This document shows positions 1-11,809 of a stretch of DNA of 35,477 nucleotides, piece by piece. A program made the translations under genes and the position numbers. Within the stretch, counting starts at the first letter, position 1. Every line of letters starts with the position of its first letter. This DNA is from Octopus bimaculoides (lineage: Eukaryota): NCBI RefSeq assembly GCF_001194135.2, contig NC_068983.1, forward strand, positions 84,134,677 to 84,170,153, given 5' to 3'. The notes beneath the pieces were generated by a model. That model ran no database searches and was not told where the DNA came from. It saw only the letters and a list, made by a program, of their open reading frames with translations.

Positions 1-25
1 ATATATATATATATATATATATATA

Positions 26-562
26 CAGGGTGTAGTGAATAAACTGTCGTCTAAATTACACAAAAATAACACTGAAATCTCATTTTTTAACAGATATATT
101 TACTAAAATTACATAAAAATATCTTGAAAAACTAAAGAGTAAATTTATTCAATAAAATCAACATTGGCTTCAGCCACGACCTCCAGGCGACTTCGGAATC
201 TCCTGCAACTCTTCTGGACGGTCTCCTTGTTAAAGTTGGTGAATGCTGCCATAATCTTTGCCTTCATTTCATCTTTGGTGTTACAAGGAGTCTTGTGGTC
301 TCTCGCTCAACTGCACCCAACACATAATTATCAAGGGGGTTGCAGTCTGGAAAGTTAGGTGGCTAGATATAAGGGGTGATGTGGTCGCAGAAATTGTCTG
401 ACAGCTATGACTGGTTCCCCTGCTTGTGTGACATGATGCAGAGTCCTGTTGCCAGACATAGGGTCTTCCAGCAGCTAACATCTCTAGACTCAGGGCAGCA
501 CTACCTCCTCCAGGCACTTAATGTAGGTTTCCGTGTTGAGTGTGAGGTCGTGCGGGAAGATC
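26..562 (-). mobile_element. Tc1/mariner-superfamily DD37D (maT-type) transposon, 3' half with terminal repeat; pseudogenised
   Basis: Minus-strand translation across one frameshift and in-frame stops gives GRPYVWQQDSASCHTSRGTQS*LSDNFCDHITPYI*PPNFPDCNPLDNYVLGAV...KTPCNTKDEMKAKIMAAFTNFNKETVQKSCRRFRSRLEVVAEANVDFIE* (stop at 145-147). With one base restored there are 37 residues between the QQD and NPLD aspartates. The element ends at TA|CAGGGTG (TA at 24-25). Upstream it is cut off at a (TA)n run near 563. Confidence 0.9.
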
Positions 563-577
563 ATATATATATATGAT

Positions 578-840
578 GGACTCGGCCTTTCTCCAACGAC
601 CTGCACAAATGATTTGCTTATAGTGAACAGATGTTCGTGTCGCACGTTAGCTCATTCTCTCTATCACATCGACGTTGCCTGAACAGGTGCACGGTGTACC
701 ACGCGTCAGGTATCGAAGTGATCGTCGAGTAACGTGAGATGAAGTATTTTGCTCAAGAACACAACGTGCCACCCGGTCTAGGAACTGAACTCACGATCGC
801 TAGATCGTGAGTGCAACACAATAGCACACTGGGTTATGTC
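578..840 (-). mobile_element. tRNA-derived SINE (family D here; CORE-like ttgtgttcttgagcaa motif), degraded
   Basis: Reverse complement reads gtgttgcactcacgatctagcgatcgtgagttcagttcc...ttgtgttcttgagcaaaatacttcatctcacgtt, which is homologous to the better-preserved copy at 19467-19724. Confidence 0.7.
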
Positions 841-845
841 TCTCT

Positions 846-848
<3 letters not shown>

Positions 849-887
<39 letters not shown>

Positions 888-1156
888 NNNNNNNNNNNNN
901 NNNNNNNNNNNNNNNNNNNNNNNNNNNNNNNNNNNNNNNNNNNNNNNNNNNNNNNNNNNNNNNNNNNNNNNNNNNNNNNNNNNNNNNNNNNNNNNNNNNN
1001 NNNNNNNNNNNNNNNNNNNNNNNNNNNNNNNNNNNNNNNNNNNNNNNNNNNNNNNNNNNNNNNNNNNNNNNNNNNNNNNNNNNNNNNNNNNNNNNNNNNN
1101 NNNNNNNNNNNNNNNNNNNNNNNNNNNNNNNNNNNNNNNNNNNNNNNTATATATAT
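849..1156. repeat. (CT)n and (TA)n microsatellites flanking assembly gap 888-1147
   Basis: Direct reading of the sequence. Confidence 0.95.
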
Positions 1157-1320
1157 GCACGACGAGCTTCTTCCAGATTCCGTCTGCCAAATCCACTCAC
1201 AAGGCTTTGGTTAGCGCGAGGATATAGTAGAAGACACTTGCCCAAGGTGCCTTATAGTGGGACTGAACGCGGAACCATGTGGTTAGGAAGCAAGCTTCTT
1301 ACCACACAGTCACAACTGCG
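1157..1320 (-). mobile_element. Octopus-type tRNA-derived SINE (family A/B here), 5' half
   Basis: Reverse complement: gtgactgtgtggtaagaagcttgcttcctaaccacatggttccgcgttcagtcccactataaggcaccttgggcaagtgtcttctactata...gtgagtggatttggcagacggaatc. It has a Pol III A/B-box-like head and a CORE-like ccttgggcaagt motif. At least four homologous copies occur in the window. Confidence 0.85.
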
Positions 1321-1362
1321 ATATAATTTATAGACTAATATCAGATCACCTTACATATCTGC

Positions 1363-1463
<101 letters not shown>

Positions 1464-1672
1464 TCTAATCTCTAGTCCTGAATACTTAGACTTACTACAT
1501 ACGTTACTAAATATCATATATTAAAAGTTTTAATCAAATTGTCATACGAACTCATTTTATGTTACAAGATTAAATAATAAAGGGAGACTACTCTAGGTAA
1601 ACTTTTCGCATCTCCAGTAACTGACACGAAAATGCGTTACAACTGCACTTTAAATTATAATGCAGTGTATAT

Positions 1673-1962
1673 ATTCTTTTATTCTTTTATTCTTTTACTT
1701 GTTCCAGTCATTTGACTGCGGCCATGCTGGAGCACCGCCTTTAGTCGAACAAATCGACCCCAGGACTTATTCTTTGTAAGCCTAGTACTTATTCTATCGG
1801 TCGCTTTTGCCGAATTGCTAATTTATGGAGACGTAAACACACCAACATCGGTTGTCAAGCAATGATGGGGTCAAACGCAGACACACAAATACATACATAT
1901 ACACCTTGTCAGTGGATTTGGTAGAAGAAAACTGAATGAAGCCTGTCGTGAGTGTGTGTGTC

Positions 1963-1997
<35 letters not shown>

Positions 1998-2176
1998 TCA
2001 TAAGAATGGTACAACAAGGTACCGATATATATATATATATATACAACAGACTTCTTCCAGTTTCCGTCTACCAAATCCACTCACAAGGCTTTGGTTGGCT
2101 TGTGACTATAGTAGAAGACACTTGCCCAAAGTGCCACGCAGTGGACTGAACCCGGAACCATGTATTTGGGAAGCAA
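1673..2176 (-). mobile_element. Octopus-type SINE (family A/B), near full length, with internal microsatellite and an inverted internal fragment
   Basis: The 3' half (cagtcatttgactgcggccatgctggagcaccgcc...ggttgtcaagc, 1690-1890) has a (TTCTTTTA)n tail at about 1673-1698. The 5' half is at 2042-2176. The same arrangement is seen in the + strand copy at 21138-21510. Confidence 0.85.
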
Positions 2177-2337
2177 TATACATTATTGGTATTATTTATA
2201 TATTATATATAAATATATAGATAAACTATAAATATATAGATAAACATACACATATACACACTCACTCACACACACACAGAAACCATAACTGTAAGATATA
2301 ATAACTATATGTGAGAGAATGTATTTAAATTTGTATG

Positions 2338-2343
<6 letters not shown>

Positions 2344-2397
<54 letters not shown>

Positions 2398-2430
2398 NNN
2401 NNNNNNNTATATATATATATATATATATAT
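2344..2430. repeat. (CA)n / (TA)n microsatellite with 10-N gap
   Basis: Direct reading of the sequence. Confidence 0.95.
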
Positions 2431-2859
2431 GGGAGAATTTACGAAAAAACAACAGACGAGGACAGATGATATACACACAGTAGATATATATATAGATATA
2501 TAGATATATAACTTCACATAGAGGTATTTATACAGTATGCGTGTGTGTGCATATATGTCAAATGTAAAATATACATGTGAGGTATATGTAATGTGTAAAA
2601 TAAATATATATTGATATAATTTATAGACTAATAACAGCTCACGTTAAACATCTGTTATTACATTTCGCAAAATTTGGCTGAGGCTACCAATGTCAAATAT
2701 TTTTCTAACAAGCATAAAAGATAAATGTAAATATACATACATATATCTATCTGTATGTGTGCATATATATGTATATAACGTCGTCTCTTCAATTTACCCA
2801 TTCGAAAGTTTTTCAGTCTCCTATTTATGACCTCCTTTTATGCAAATGATCCATGGTCT

Positions 2860-3510
2860 CTCGAGACTGACGGATACCTGCAGAAATATGATCTTGTAGA
2901 TCATATTTCTGCATCTTGGAATTTATTTGGACTCAGCTGGGTAAAACCGTCGTAATGTTCCAGCCTATATCAGCAAAGCTATATATGAAACCATCTATCT
3001 TAGTTGAAGGAACAGTGCTAGGCAAGTTTATTTACCTGGGCAACACATCCAGCCGTTCTTGCTTCTTAGATGATGAAAAGTTTTTAAGGCTTCAGAAGGT
3101 AACTGATTCATTCAGGACTCTCGAGTCTCCAGTCTGGAACTCACAAGCCATCACAAGGTGAACAAAAGTTGCTTTGTATCGTGTGTGTCTGCTGGCGTTC
3201 TCCTTTACTTATGTGAGACATGGACTCTTTTTGGGCATCATGTAAGGGTCCTTGAATGCTTCCATTAGAGATGTCTGAGACACATTCTGAATGTTGACAG
3301 ATCCTTGTAGAGAGTTTAATTGAGAAAGCAAAGCTTGTCTTCGCCTCCAATGGAGTAGACAATCAAAGAAAAGAGTAGGTATTTTCGAGTAAAAAAAAAC
3401 AAGCATTTCAGTTACCAGGGGAATCACAAGTGTAAAGCATAAATTTGTCTGAGCGCACAATGTTTCTAATGGTCAGTGATGGTCCTTCTTGGTCACGAGT
3501 TGACAGCCAT
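2860..3510 (+). mobile_element. RTE-clade (BovB-like) LINE, 3' part of the reverse transcriptase ORF; degenerate
   Basis: KTVVMFQPISAKLYMKPSILVEGTVLGKFIYLGNTSSRSCFLDDEKFLRLQKVTDSFRTLESPVWNSQAITR*TKVALYR...CETWTLFGHHVRVLECFH*RCLRHILNV matches the RTE pattern KTEVMFQP..KFTYLGS..KASxAFGRL..CETWT..FHxRCLRxIL. Confidence 0.88.
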
Positions 3511-3514
3511 CATA

Positions 3515-4002
<488 letters not shown>

Positions 4003-4189
4003 AGGCACACTCAAGTATATTTATCCACAGTAGACCCACCAGTCTTCCGTAATCTTCTTGCTTTCTCTGAAAACTTGCCACCAATCCAATCTCCTGCGAA
4101 TCAAGGAAACATGCAAACCAGATAGATTTTATATTATAATAGAATATGCAACTGCACGTAGAAACTAAATCCTTCTCCAGTGAAAATGC

Positions 4190-5100
4190 ATTATTCAGTA
4201 TAGACTTATGGTCAACGACTTCAGGGTAAGAGTTTTACGGACTCGAAGACACAAGGAATCTTGATAAGAAAGGAATAAAATCTGAAAGATCCTTCAGCCA
4301 GCAATAATTTCAAAGAGATACTACTCGATACGTGTGATAAGATGTAGATAGATACTTATAACATAGAAGGCAAATGGTAATTTCTACGAGACAACCTGCT
4401 GCTAACCACAGACTAAATCTGTTGGTGGAGCAAGATTCCAGCCAGTTGAAAGGATAAAAGTGATAGACTATAATAGTCAGAAAAGCCAAGAGGCAAACTC
4501 CGAATGAAAGGTGGATACAAGCAAAAATATTAGGTAGCTAGAAGATAAGCTAAATGTCAGGTTTACAATATAAGGAAAGAAACTGAATGAAAGGTGTTTA
4601 CCAATGTTCTAAGACAAGAAAATCAGAGAGGTAAAGTGTTCCGAATTACAAAGCAGTGTGTTGGTACGAATCAAATTGTTGTTGAGGAAAAGTGTGAACA
4701 GAATGAGAGTAGGGCACATGATCATATTGACGACGAGAAGAAAGATGCTTAAAAATATTACGATGAAAAGCTAAATTAGAAACATGCGTGGGAGCAAGAG
4801 GGTCTAAGCAACTAGATCCAAAAGGGAAGCCACCTTCTGAAGTTAACAATTATACGGTAGAAAGCGTGATTGTTGATATTGGCCCCTGAAATATTAAAGA
4901 CATTAGTGGTAGTACGTCATGTACTAGTCACTTGAATAGTCAATTAAGTAGTTCAAGGTGTCATCCCCAATGACTGACATGACAGTATCATCGTGAACTT
5001 ATATAAGCTCAAAGGAAATACTTTAGAAAAAATCAACCTGTAGAGGAATCAACCTGATGGGCCAAGTTCAGAAAATAGCAAACTTACAACACAATCGAGA
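4190..5100 (+). mobile_element. RTE-clade LINE (RTE-1/Expander-like), region between endonuclease and RT plus RT motifs 0-1; heavily decayed
   Basis: Fragments NFKEILL...EGKW*FLRDNLL, VFRITKQCVGTNQ and QGVIPND*HDSIIVNLYKLKGNTLEK..RGINLMGQVQKI resemble the RTE motif G.IPxDW..S.IV..YKGKGD.L...NYRGI.L. Confidence 0.75.
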
Positions 5101-5339
5101 AATTAGATGAGATAATGTGTTGTTGGGGTTTCAGTTAGGACGAGGAATTACTTTTTACTTCATTCAGAAGATGAGAGTGAGAAGATTTTAGAAAAGTTAT
5201 AGCTCCAAATTAAAGAAAGGCAACTAACGAAAAAAATATGGAGAAATCTTCAATAAAAAAGAAAACGGATTAACTTCGAACACAATCATGTGATCAATGC
5301 TTGAAAGAAAGTTTGTTCTCTATGCATATGCATATATAT

Positions 5340-6241
5340 NNNNNNNNNNNNNNNNNNNNNNNNNNNNNNNNNNNNNNNNNNNNNNNNNNNNNNNNNNNNN
5401 NNNNNNNNNNNNNNNNNNNNNNNNNNNNNNNNNNNNNNNNNNNNNNNNNNNNNNNNNNNNNNNNNNNNNNNNNNNNNNNNNNNNNNNNNNNNNNNNNNNN
5501 NNNNNNNNNNNNNNNNNNNNNNNNNNNNNNNNNNNNNNNNNNNNNNNNNNNNNNNNNNNNNNNNNNNNNNNNNNNNNNNNNNNNNNNNNNNNNNNNNNNN
5601 NNNNNNNNNNNNNNNNNNNNNNNNNNNNNNNNNNNNNNNNNNNNNNNNNNNNNNNNNNNNNNNNNNNNNNNNNNNNNNNNNNNNNNNNNNNNNNNNNNNN
5701 NNNNNNNNNNNNNNNNNNNNNNNNNNNNNNNNNNNNNNNNNNNNNNNNNNNNNNNNNNNNNNNNNNNNNNNNNNNNNNNNNNNNNNNNNNNNNNNNNNNN
5801 NNNNNNNNNNNNNNNNNNNNNNNNNNNNNNNNNNNNNNNNNNNNNNNNNNNNNNNNNNNNNNNNNNNNNNNNNNNNNNNNNNNNNNNNNNNNNNNNNNNN
5901 NNNNNNNNNNNNNNNNNNNNNNNNNNNNNNNNNNNNNNNNNNNNNNNNNNNNNNNNNNNNNNNNNNNNNNNNNNNNNNNNNNNNNNNNNNNNNNNNNNNN
6001 NNNNNNNNNNNNNNNNNNNNNNNNNNNNNNNNNNNNNNNNNNNNNNNNNNNNNNNNNNNNNNNNNNNNNNNNNNNNNNNNNNNNNNNNNNNNNNNNNNNN
6101 NNNNNNNNNNNNNNNNNNNNNNNNNNNNNNNNNNNNNNNNNNNNNNNNNNNNNNNNNNNNNNNNNNNNNNNNNNNNNNNNNNNNNNNNNNNNNNNNNNNN
6201 NNNNNNNNNNNNNNNNNNNNNNNNNNNNNNNNNNNNNNNNN
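5340..6241. other. Assembly gap (902 N), the largest in the window
   Basis: N-run flanked by (TA)n and (TGTC)n. Confidence 1.
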
Positions 6242-6251
6242 TGTGTCAGTG

Positions 6252-6284
<33 letters not shown>

Positions 6285-6431
6285 GATGTCTGTCTGTATA
6301 ACACATCGACAATACAGAGAAGCTTACATTACCGATTCTACACATTTCAATTTCACAGTCATTTATTGATTGAACATTTTAACGTTTGCCTTTTACCACC
6401 TGGATAAATCCTAAGACACACACAATATGTA

Positions 6432-6482
<51 letters not shown>

Positions 6483-6939
6483 TCACATAAAGGACCCTGT
6501 TGAAAAAAAATATATATAGAAATCTCCCTCTTTCAATGGTATGAAATCGCTTACATATAGCATATGACATCTTAAGAAAGGCAAACATGGGAAACACCCT
6601 GTAAGTGGAATGAGGGTAAAAACTAGAACCATATAAATATTGATAAAACTTGTAAACTGGTAATGGTGTGATATACACATTGCTTCTCTTTGTATTCACC
6701 GAAGTGAATCATAGAATTACAGACTCCCTGTGGATAAGCGTAAATGACTGAGACGGAGAGGTGGGAACAGAGAGACATCTCAACAAACAGTGATATATAC
6801 GCACCTACATACATACACGCGCGCGCTTGTGTATAAATATGTATATGTATATACATATATACATTATATAGAGAGAGAACACACATATTTCTATGCTTGC
6901 ACATTTACTTATGCATTATGTATATGCGCGTGCATATGT

Positions 6940-7070
6940 ATACATACATACATATATACATACATGCATACATACATACATACATACATACATACATACA
7001 TACATACATACAAACATACATATATACATACATACATGCATACATACACATACGTACATACATACATACG
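6940..7070. repeat. (CATA)n microsatellite
   Basis: Direct reading of the sequence. Confidence 0.95.
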
Positions 7071-7127
7071 TTTATTAATTGACTTATCGCCTCCCTGAAG
7101 TTGCTGGCCTTGTTTCAAAATTTGAAA

Positions 7128-7267
<140 letters not shown>

Positions 7268-9440
7268 CATATGTGCTGTTCAAAGTCTCACCCAAAGACC
7301 TCAACTAACAGCAAGTTCTATGTTTTACTGAGAGAGAAATTGATGATTAGAAATTATTTGTTGTAGGGGAAAGAGACCAGAAATTGAGAACTAAGATTCT
7401 GTTAAATTTGATATTTTGATTTTGGAAGAGTTTTAAGAGAATCGTGTATTCTCAGGTTGACAGTGCTTTTCATAGGATGTGGGCAGCACCAGTGAGAAAT
7501 TTTTTTTTATATAGTTCTGGTTCTTTGAAGGTTCCTGGTACATGACCATAGTATTTAAGAACGCTAGTTGGTATTATCCTCAAAGTTCCCATAATCACAG
7601 GTACAGTTGTTCAAGGTCCTTATATTTACATAACTTTTCAAATGTTTCCACAAAGGTATTGCTCTCTACTGAGATTGGTATGTCTATGAGCAACCTTGTG
7701 ATTTCTTATGTGATTTCTTACCACAGTATCGGGTCTAATGGCCTAAATATCCGGATCAGTTTGAATACTAAAGTCTCAAACAACGATGAGGTCTTTATTT
7801 TCTAATACTTTGGCATGTTTATGTTCCCGCCAATTCTTCTCAACTGGGTATTCAAATTGACAGCATATGATCCAATGCAAATACTGACCAGGTCTGTCAC
7901 GGTAATTAATGTACTTAGGTGAGGCTAACATAGGAATGAGGCGGTCAATAGTTTCTCTGATGGTACCACAAAAGTGGAAGGTAGGATCAGCACCGTTTTT
8001 CAGAATGTTGGTTTGGTAGTTGCTGGTGGGTGGACACTGATCCTGAGCTACTATGAGTGGGTACTGAAAAGTTATAAGCATAGAAGGTATAGATGTATTC
8101 AGTATTGATGGATGGTAGTATTTTATACACGGTTGTAAGACATACTAATGGCGGAAGTTTGGATGGTTATTAGCTACATCACTTTTAGGGAGTATGTTAC
8201 TCCATTTACCAGCCAAGGAGGAATTTTCCTGGAGTTATGCATAATGTTATTGCAGAGGTGAGTCAGGCTCCCATGGGAATGAGGGAGAGCATTCAGCCAG
8301 ATGTTAAGGTTTTTATCTTTACCAGGTGACTTCCATTTGCTATATTTTCTTAGTGCAGTTCTGAGATCCTCATCAGATATATCTTTCCATATTTACTCTT
8401 TAATATTTTCAGAGTCACTGACGTGTTGATGAATGCAGAGAAAATCACAATTGTGTCTTGGAGGGGATAGGCTCGATTGATTTCCAAAACTTTTGTACTT
8501 CCTCCTTGATAAGCGTGGTTTTAATATTGATTTTAGGTCTTGCAATGTTCCTATAAAATCTTTTAGGATTGTTTTGGAACATACTGTTATTTTTGAAAAA
8601 AGTTTGATCTTTTCTCGATCCTCCATATATGTGCTGCTTTGGCCTGGATAATCTGCTTGATTTTTTGGGATTGCTTCATCGATTTCACATCCTTTTTATA
8701 TCATATTTTCTTTTTAGCTCTTTAGCGTTTGGCTAAAATGCTGAAACTTTTTTCTCTCTTTGCTCTTAATGTTTGTCATGCTGGTTTTCTGTTTATGCGT
8801 TTTTCATTTATATCTTTCTCATTGCTTGAATACCACACAATACAATAGTTATTAAGGCTGCAACAAAATGAGATGTACTTCATTTTCATCCAAGATGGAT
8901 TTTATAATTGCGTTTACCTTGCCTATTATTTTATCCTTTTGTACTGAGTTGTGAATCTTGGGAAGATCATTTCAATCTCTGTTCGATGTTTGGCCCTCAA
9001 CCACTCTGATAGAATTTTCGCTTTTAGATTGTCAAATTCAGTTTCTGTGTTTCCACTTTCACGTAATCACTCTCAATTACATCAGTATCAGAGGAAATTC
9101 CATCGAGTACCTCAATTTGGGTATTTCTGGTACCAGGTTCTACGTCTACAGTAGATGGATGTTTTGCATCATTATTTGTATATAATTGAACATATAATCG
9201 AATCTGTTGGATATCCAGATCAGTCCACAACTATTTCTTTATGGTGATCCTGCGAACAGTAGCTAAGTTATTGCTATGTTAAGGTTTCCTTCTTCCAGTA
9301 TAAGTGTGTTCTTTTATGTACTTGATATACTCGATGGAAAGGACACTGCAGTATAATAGAGCTCTGGAACACTACACAATCAAGGACCATTACCAAGTTA
9401 AACTATCCGACAATCTAATGCTATTGCAAGGGGTTGGAAT
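7268..9440 (-). mobile_element. R4/Dong-clade RLE non-LTR retrotransposon with internal deletion of the RT core
   Basis: Minus strand shows: N-terminal region (KIKLFSK..), RT motif 0-1 (NWKSPGKDK..PPWLVNGVTY..NFRPLVCLTTVYKIL), then directly LIVAQDQCPPTSNYQTNILKNGADP (start of the CCHC region), RDRPGQYLHWIICC, and the RLE region (IPISVESNTFVETFEKLCKYKDL). The 3' UTR contains gaggtctttgggtgagactt. The far N-terminal boundary is approximate. Confidence 0.88.
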
Positions 9441-9478
9441 ATGGCTTCCATTTCAGTGATATCAATATATGCAACCGT

Positions 9479-9479
9479 G

Positions 9480-9516
<37 letters not shown>

Positions 9517-9521
9517 ATGTA

Positions 9522-9582
<61 letters not shown>
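9479..9582. repeat. (TA)n(TG)n microsatellite
   Basis: Direct reading of the sequence. Confidence 0.95.
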
Positions 9583-9585
<3 letters not shown>

Positions 9586-9659
9586 CAACTCTAGGCATAT
9601 GCATGTAAATACATATTAATATAAAATACACGCAAACATTGCCAACAGTGGAACATCTA

Positions 9660-9740
9660 CATTGTTGCTCAACCAGCTAAAAATAGAAGCCAAATTTTTC
9701 TTCAAATATATCCTACTATCTTTAAAAATCTACATTAGAT
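9660..9740. repeat. Fragment of an unclassified dispersed repeat (also at about 19120-19165)
   Basis: ttgctcaaccagctaaaaatagaagccaaat (9664) versus ttgctcaacatgctagaaacagcagccaaat (19121). Confidence 0.55.
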
Positions 9741-10137
9741 AACGAAGTATTACATATACGATGTCCTCAAATAACACCACTTTAATCATAAATCTACCCA
9801 ACGAGGGCTGACCTTGGGCTAAATAACAATAGCACATACAAGCATACATATAAAGTCTATCGCTTTACGATCCATTTTTCCAACCTGGCATAGGTTGGAT
9901 GAGTCTGTTGCATTGCACACGTTCCTTTTGACCGTACCATAGCCTTTTATAACACTTTCTACTGTCATGTATCGTACTTTTCTACCCAATATCTTTTTAT
10001 TTTGCATCGTTAAACTAACACAATTGTTTTTTCTGGTATACATCAGTAGGTACTTTTAACGCCTGATTACTTTATCAGCTCACCTGTGTCCCACCTTTCA
10101 TGTAAATCAACATTATATTAATTCCAAATTTTACAAG

Positions 10138-10281
10138 GCCAACTGGTACTTATTTTATCGACTCCGAAGGATGGAAGGCAAAGTCAACCTCAGGGGAATT
10201 TGAACTCAGAGTGTAAAGACAGACGAAATGCCGCTAAGCATTTTGCTCAGCATGCTAATGATTCTGCAAGCTCATCATCTT
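10138..10281 (-). mobile_element. tRNA-derived SINE (family C here)
   Basis: aactggtacttattttatcgactccgaaggatggaaggcaaagtcaacctcaggggaatttgaactcagagtgtaaagacagacgaaatgccgctaagca; homologous to the copies at 13970-14620 and 17005-17150. B-box-like gagttcaaattcc on the minus strand. Confidence 0.85.
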
Positions 10282-10304
10282 AATGTAAAATAACATTGTA
10301 TTAC

Positions 10305-10620
10305 TGTCAAGCAAGGTATGATCCCTCCGAGGTGGGATGCAAAGGGTTTGCAGGACAGCCCCTAATCTACACAGCTCACAGTACGCTTGGCATTACAGGG
10401 GCCAGTAAATAGAACGCCATCAGGTGGGTTGTGGAGACAGCAAAGCTTGTCTCAAGGTGACTATGAATCAAGAAGTACAAACCCTGAAAGGGCAAGTACG
10501 ACCAGATGTAGTGCTAACTGAGGTCTGGTCAACCCCGGCTAGATTACAGGGTGAGAATGTCCGATGTTGAAAGACCCAAAACACCTAATGACTCTAGGAA
10601 ATATCACAGGGTGGTGTATG
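10305..10620 (+). mobile_element. HERO-like RLE non-LTR retrotransposon, 3' end (end of the endonuclease plus 3' UTR)
   Basis: Translation CQARYDPSEVGCKGFAGQPLIYTAHSTLGITGASK*NAIRWVVETAKLVSR*L*IKK matches the PxEVGCRGF...LGITG...AIR...SRWLWIKR C-terminus recalled for HERO elements. It is followed by gatgttgaaagacccaaaacacctaatgac, which resembles the recalled HERO 3' UTR. Confidence 0.8.
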
Positions 10621-11130
10621 GTAAAACTGTTATTTGGATTATTAAGCCCAGTCAAACATAAGTTTAGAACGTAAACGGACGGAACTAAAAGCTGTCAGAC
10701 ATTTAAACTAGTATTGTACCAAATCAGCACCTCCAACTTAGTAAAAGAAGAAATTTCCATTATTATCATCATTATTTAGAATTTAACATTATTTTTATAA
10801 TATTTCCATAACTTTTCATAAATAAAAAGGAATTTTGTTTGTTTCCAAATAATGGTACAGAAATATTTATAAAAGAAATAATAAGGATAAAACTGTGTGT
10901 GAGTGTGCGTTTTGTGTACGTGTTTTGTGTGTGTGTGTGTGCGTTATGAGTGCAACAGTGAGTGAGTGGGAGGGTGTATATATATATAATTACTAATTCA
11001 ATTTAAAATAAATTTGGGAACAAGTTCGTTCATAAAATATTTCACTGAAGTAGACTGTTTGGAAACTGGTGAAAAAATCCCCAAAGTATCTCTTGATAAA
11101 TTATTTCTCTGTTGTGTGACGGTATGTAGT

Positions 11131-11170
<40 letters not shown>

Positions 11171-11809
11171 NNNNNNNNNNNNNNNNNNNNNNNNNNNNNN
11201 NNNNNNNNNNNNNNNNNNNNNNNNNNNNNNNNNNNNNNNNNNNNNNNNNNNNNNNNNNCTAGTTTAGAAAACAATAATATTTTAGGATAGAATTTGCAAC
11301 CAAAATAAATTTTCCATTTCAAACATTATAATTTCACTTTTTGTTTAAATCAATAATACACATGTAAATATAATTTTTGAATGCTATCTAAGAAATCAAA
11401 GTCAAAAAATGCTTTACTTATGTATTTATTGATTCATTTCTTCTTCGCTTTTATTTACTTTTTTTTTTTTTTTACCTTATTGCTAGAAATATAAAAGGTA
11501 AATGGTAATAAATTGAATAGTTGTACACAAGAGTTTAGAAATATAGTCAGCTCATAAATAAAATGCAGAGTAAAATATTACATTCATAAGAGATATTTCT
11601 CACAACTTTGAAATGTATTAAATTTTAAAGTTGTGCAACATCTCAAAATTTTAATATCAAAATAATTAATTACTTTAATTCTATCGCTATTTTTTCTTCA
11701 TATTTTTAGCTTGAAGATGAATTTAATGAATATATAATTTGTAAATATATTCAAATGACAAATTTTATTCCCCCATATGCCAAAGTACTATCTATATTCT
11801 CTGTGGCTG

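Noticed and set aside
4031-4125. Possible terminal exon VDPPVFRNLLAFSENLPPIQSPANQGNMQTR*
   Set aside because: Weak acceptor directly after a microsatellite, no recognisable homology, and no supporting upstream exon.
8360-8378. Minus-strand ctgatgaggatctcagaac
   Set aside because: There is no GAAA after the putative stem, and it is coding sequence of the R4-like element.
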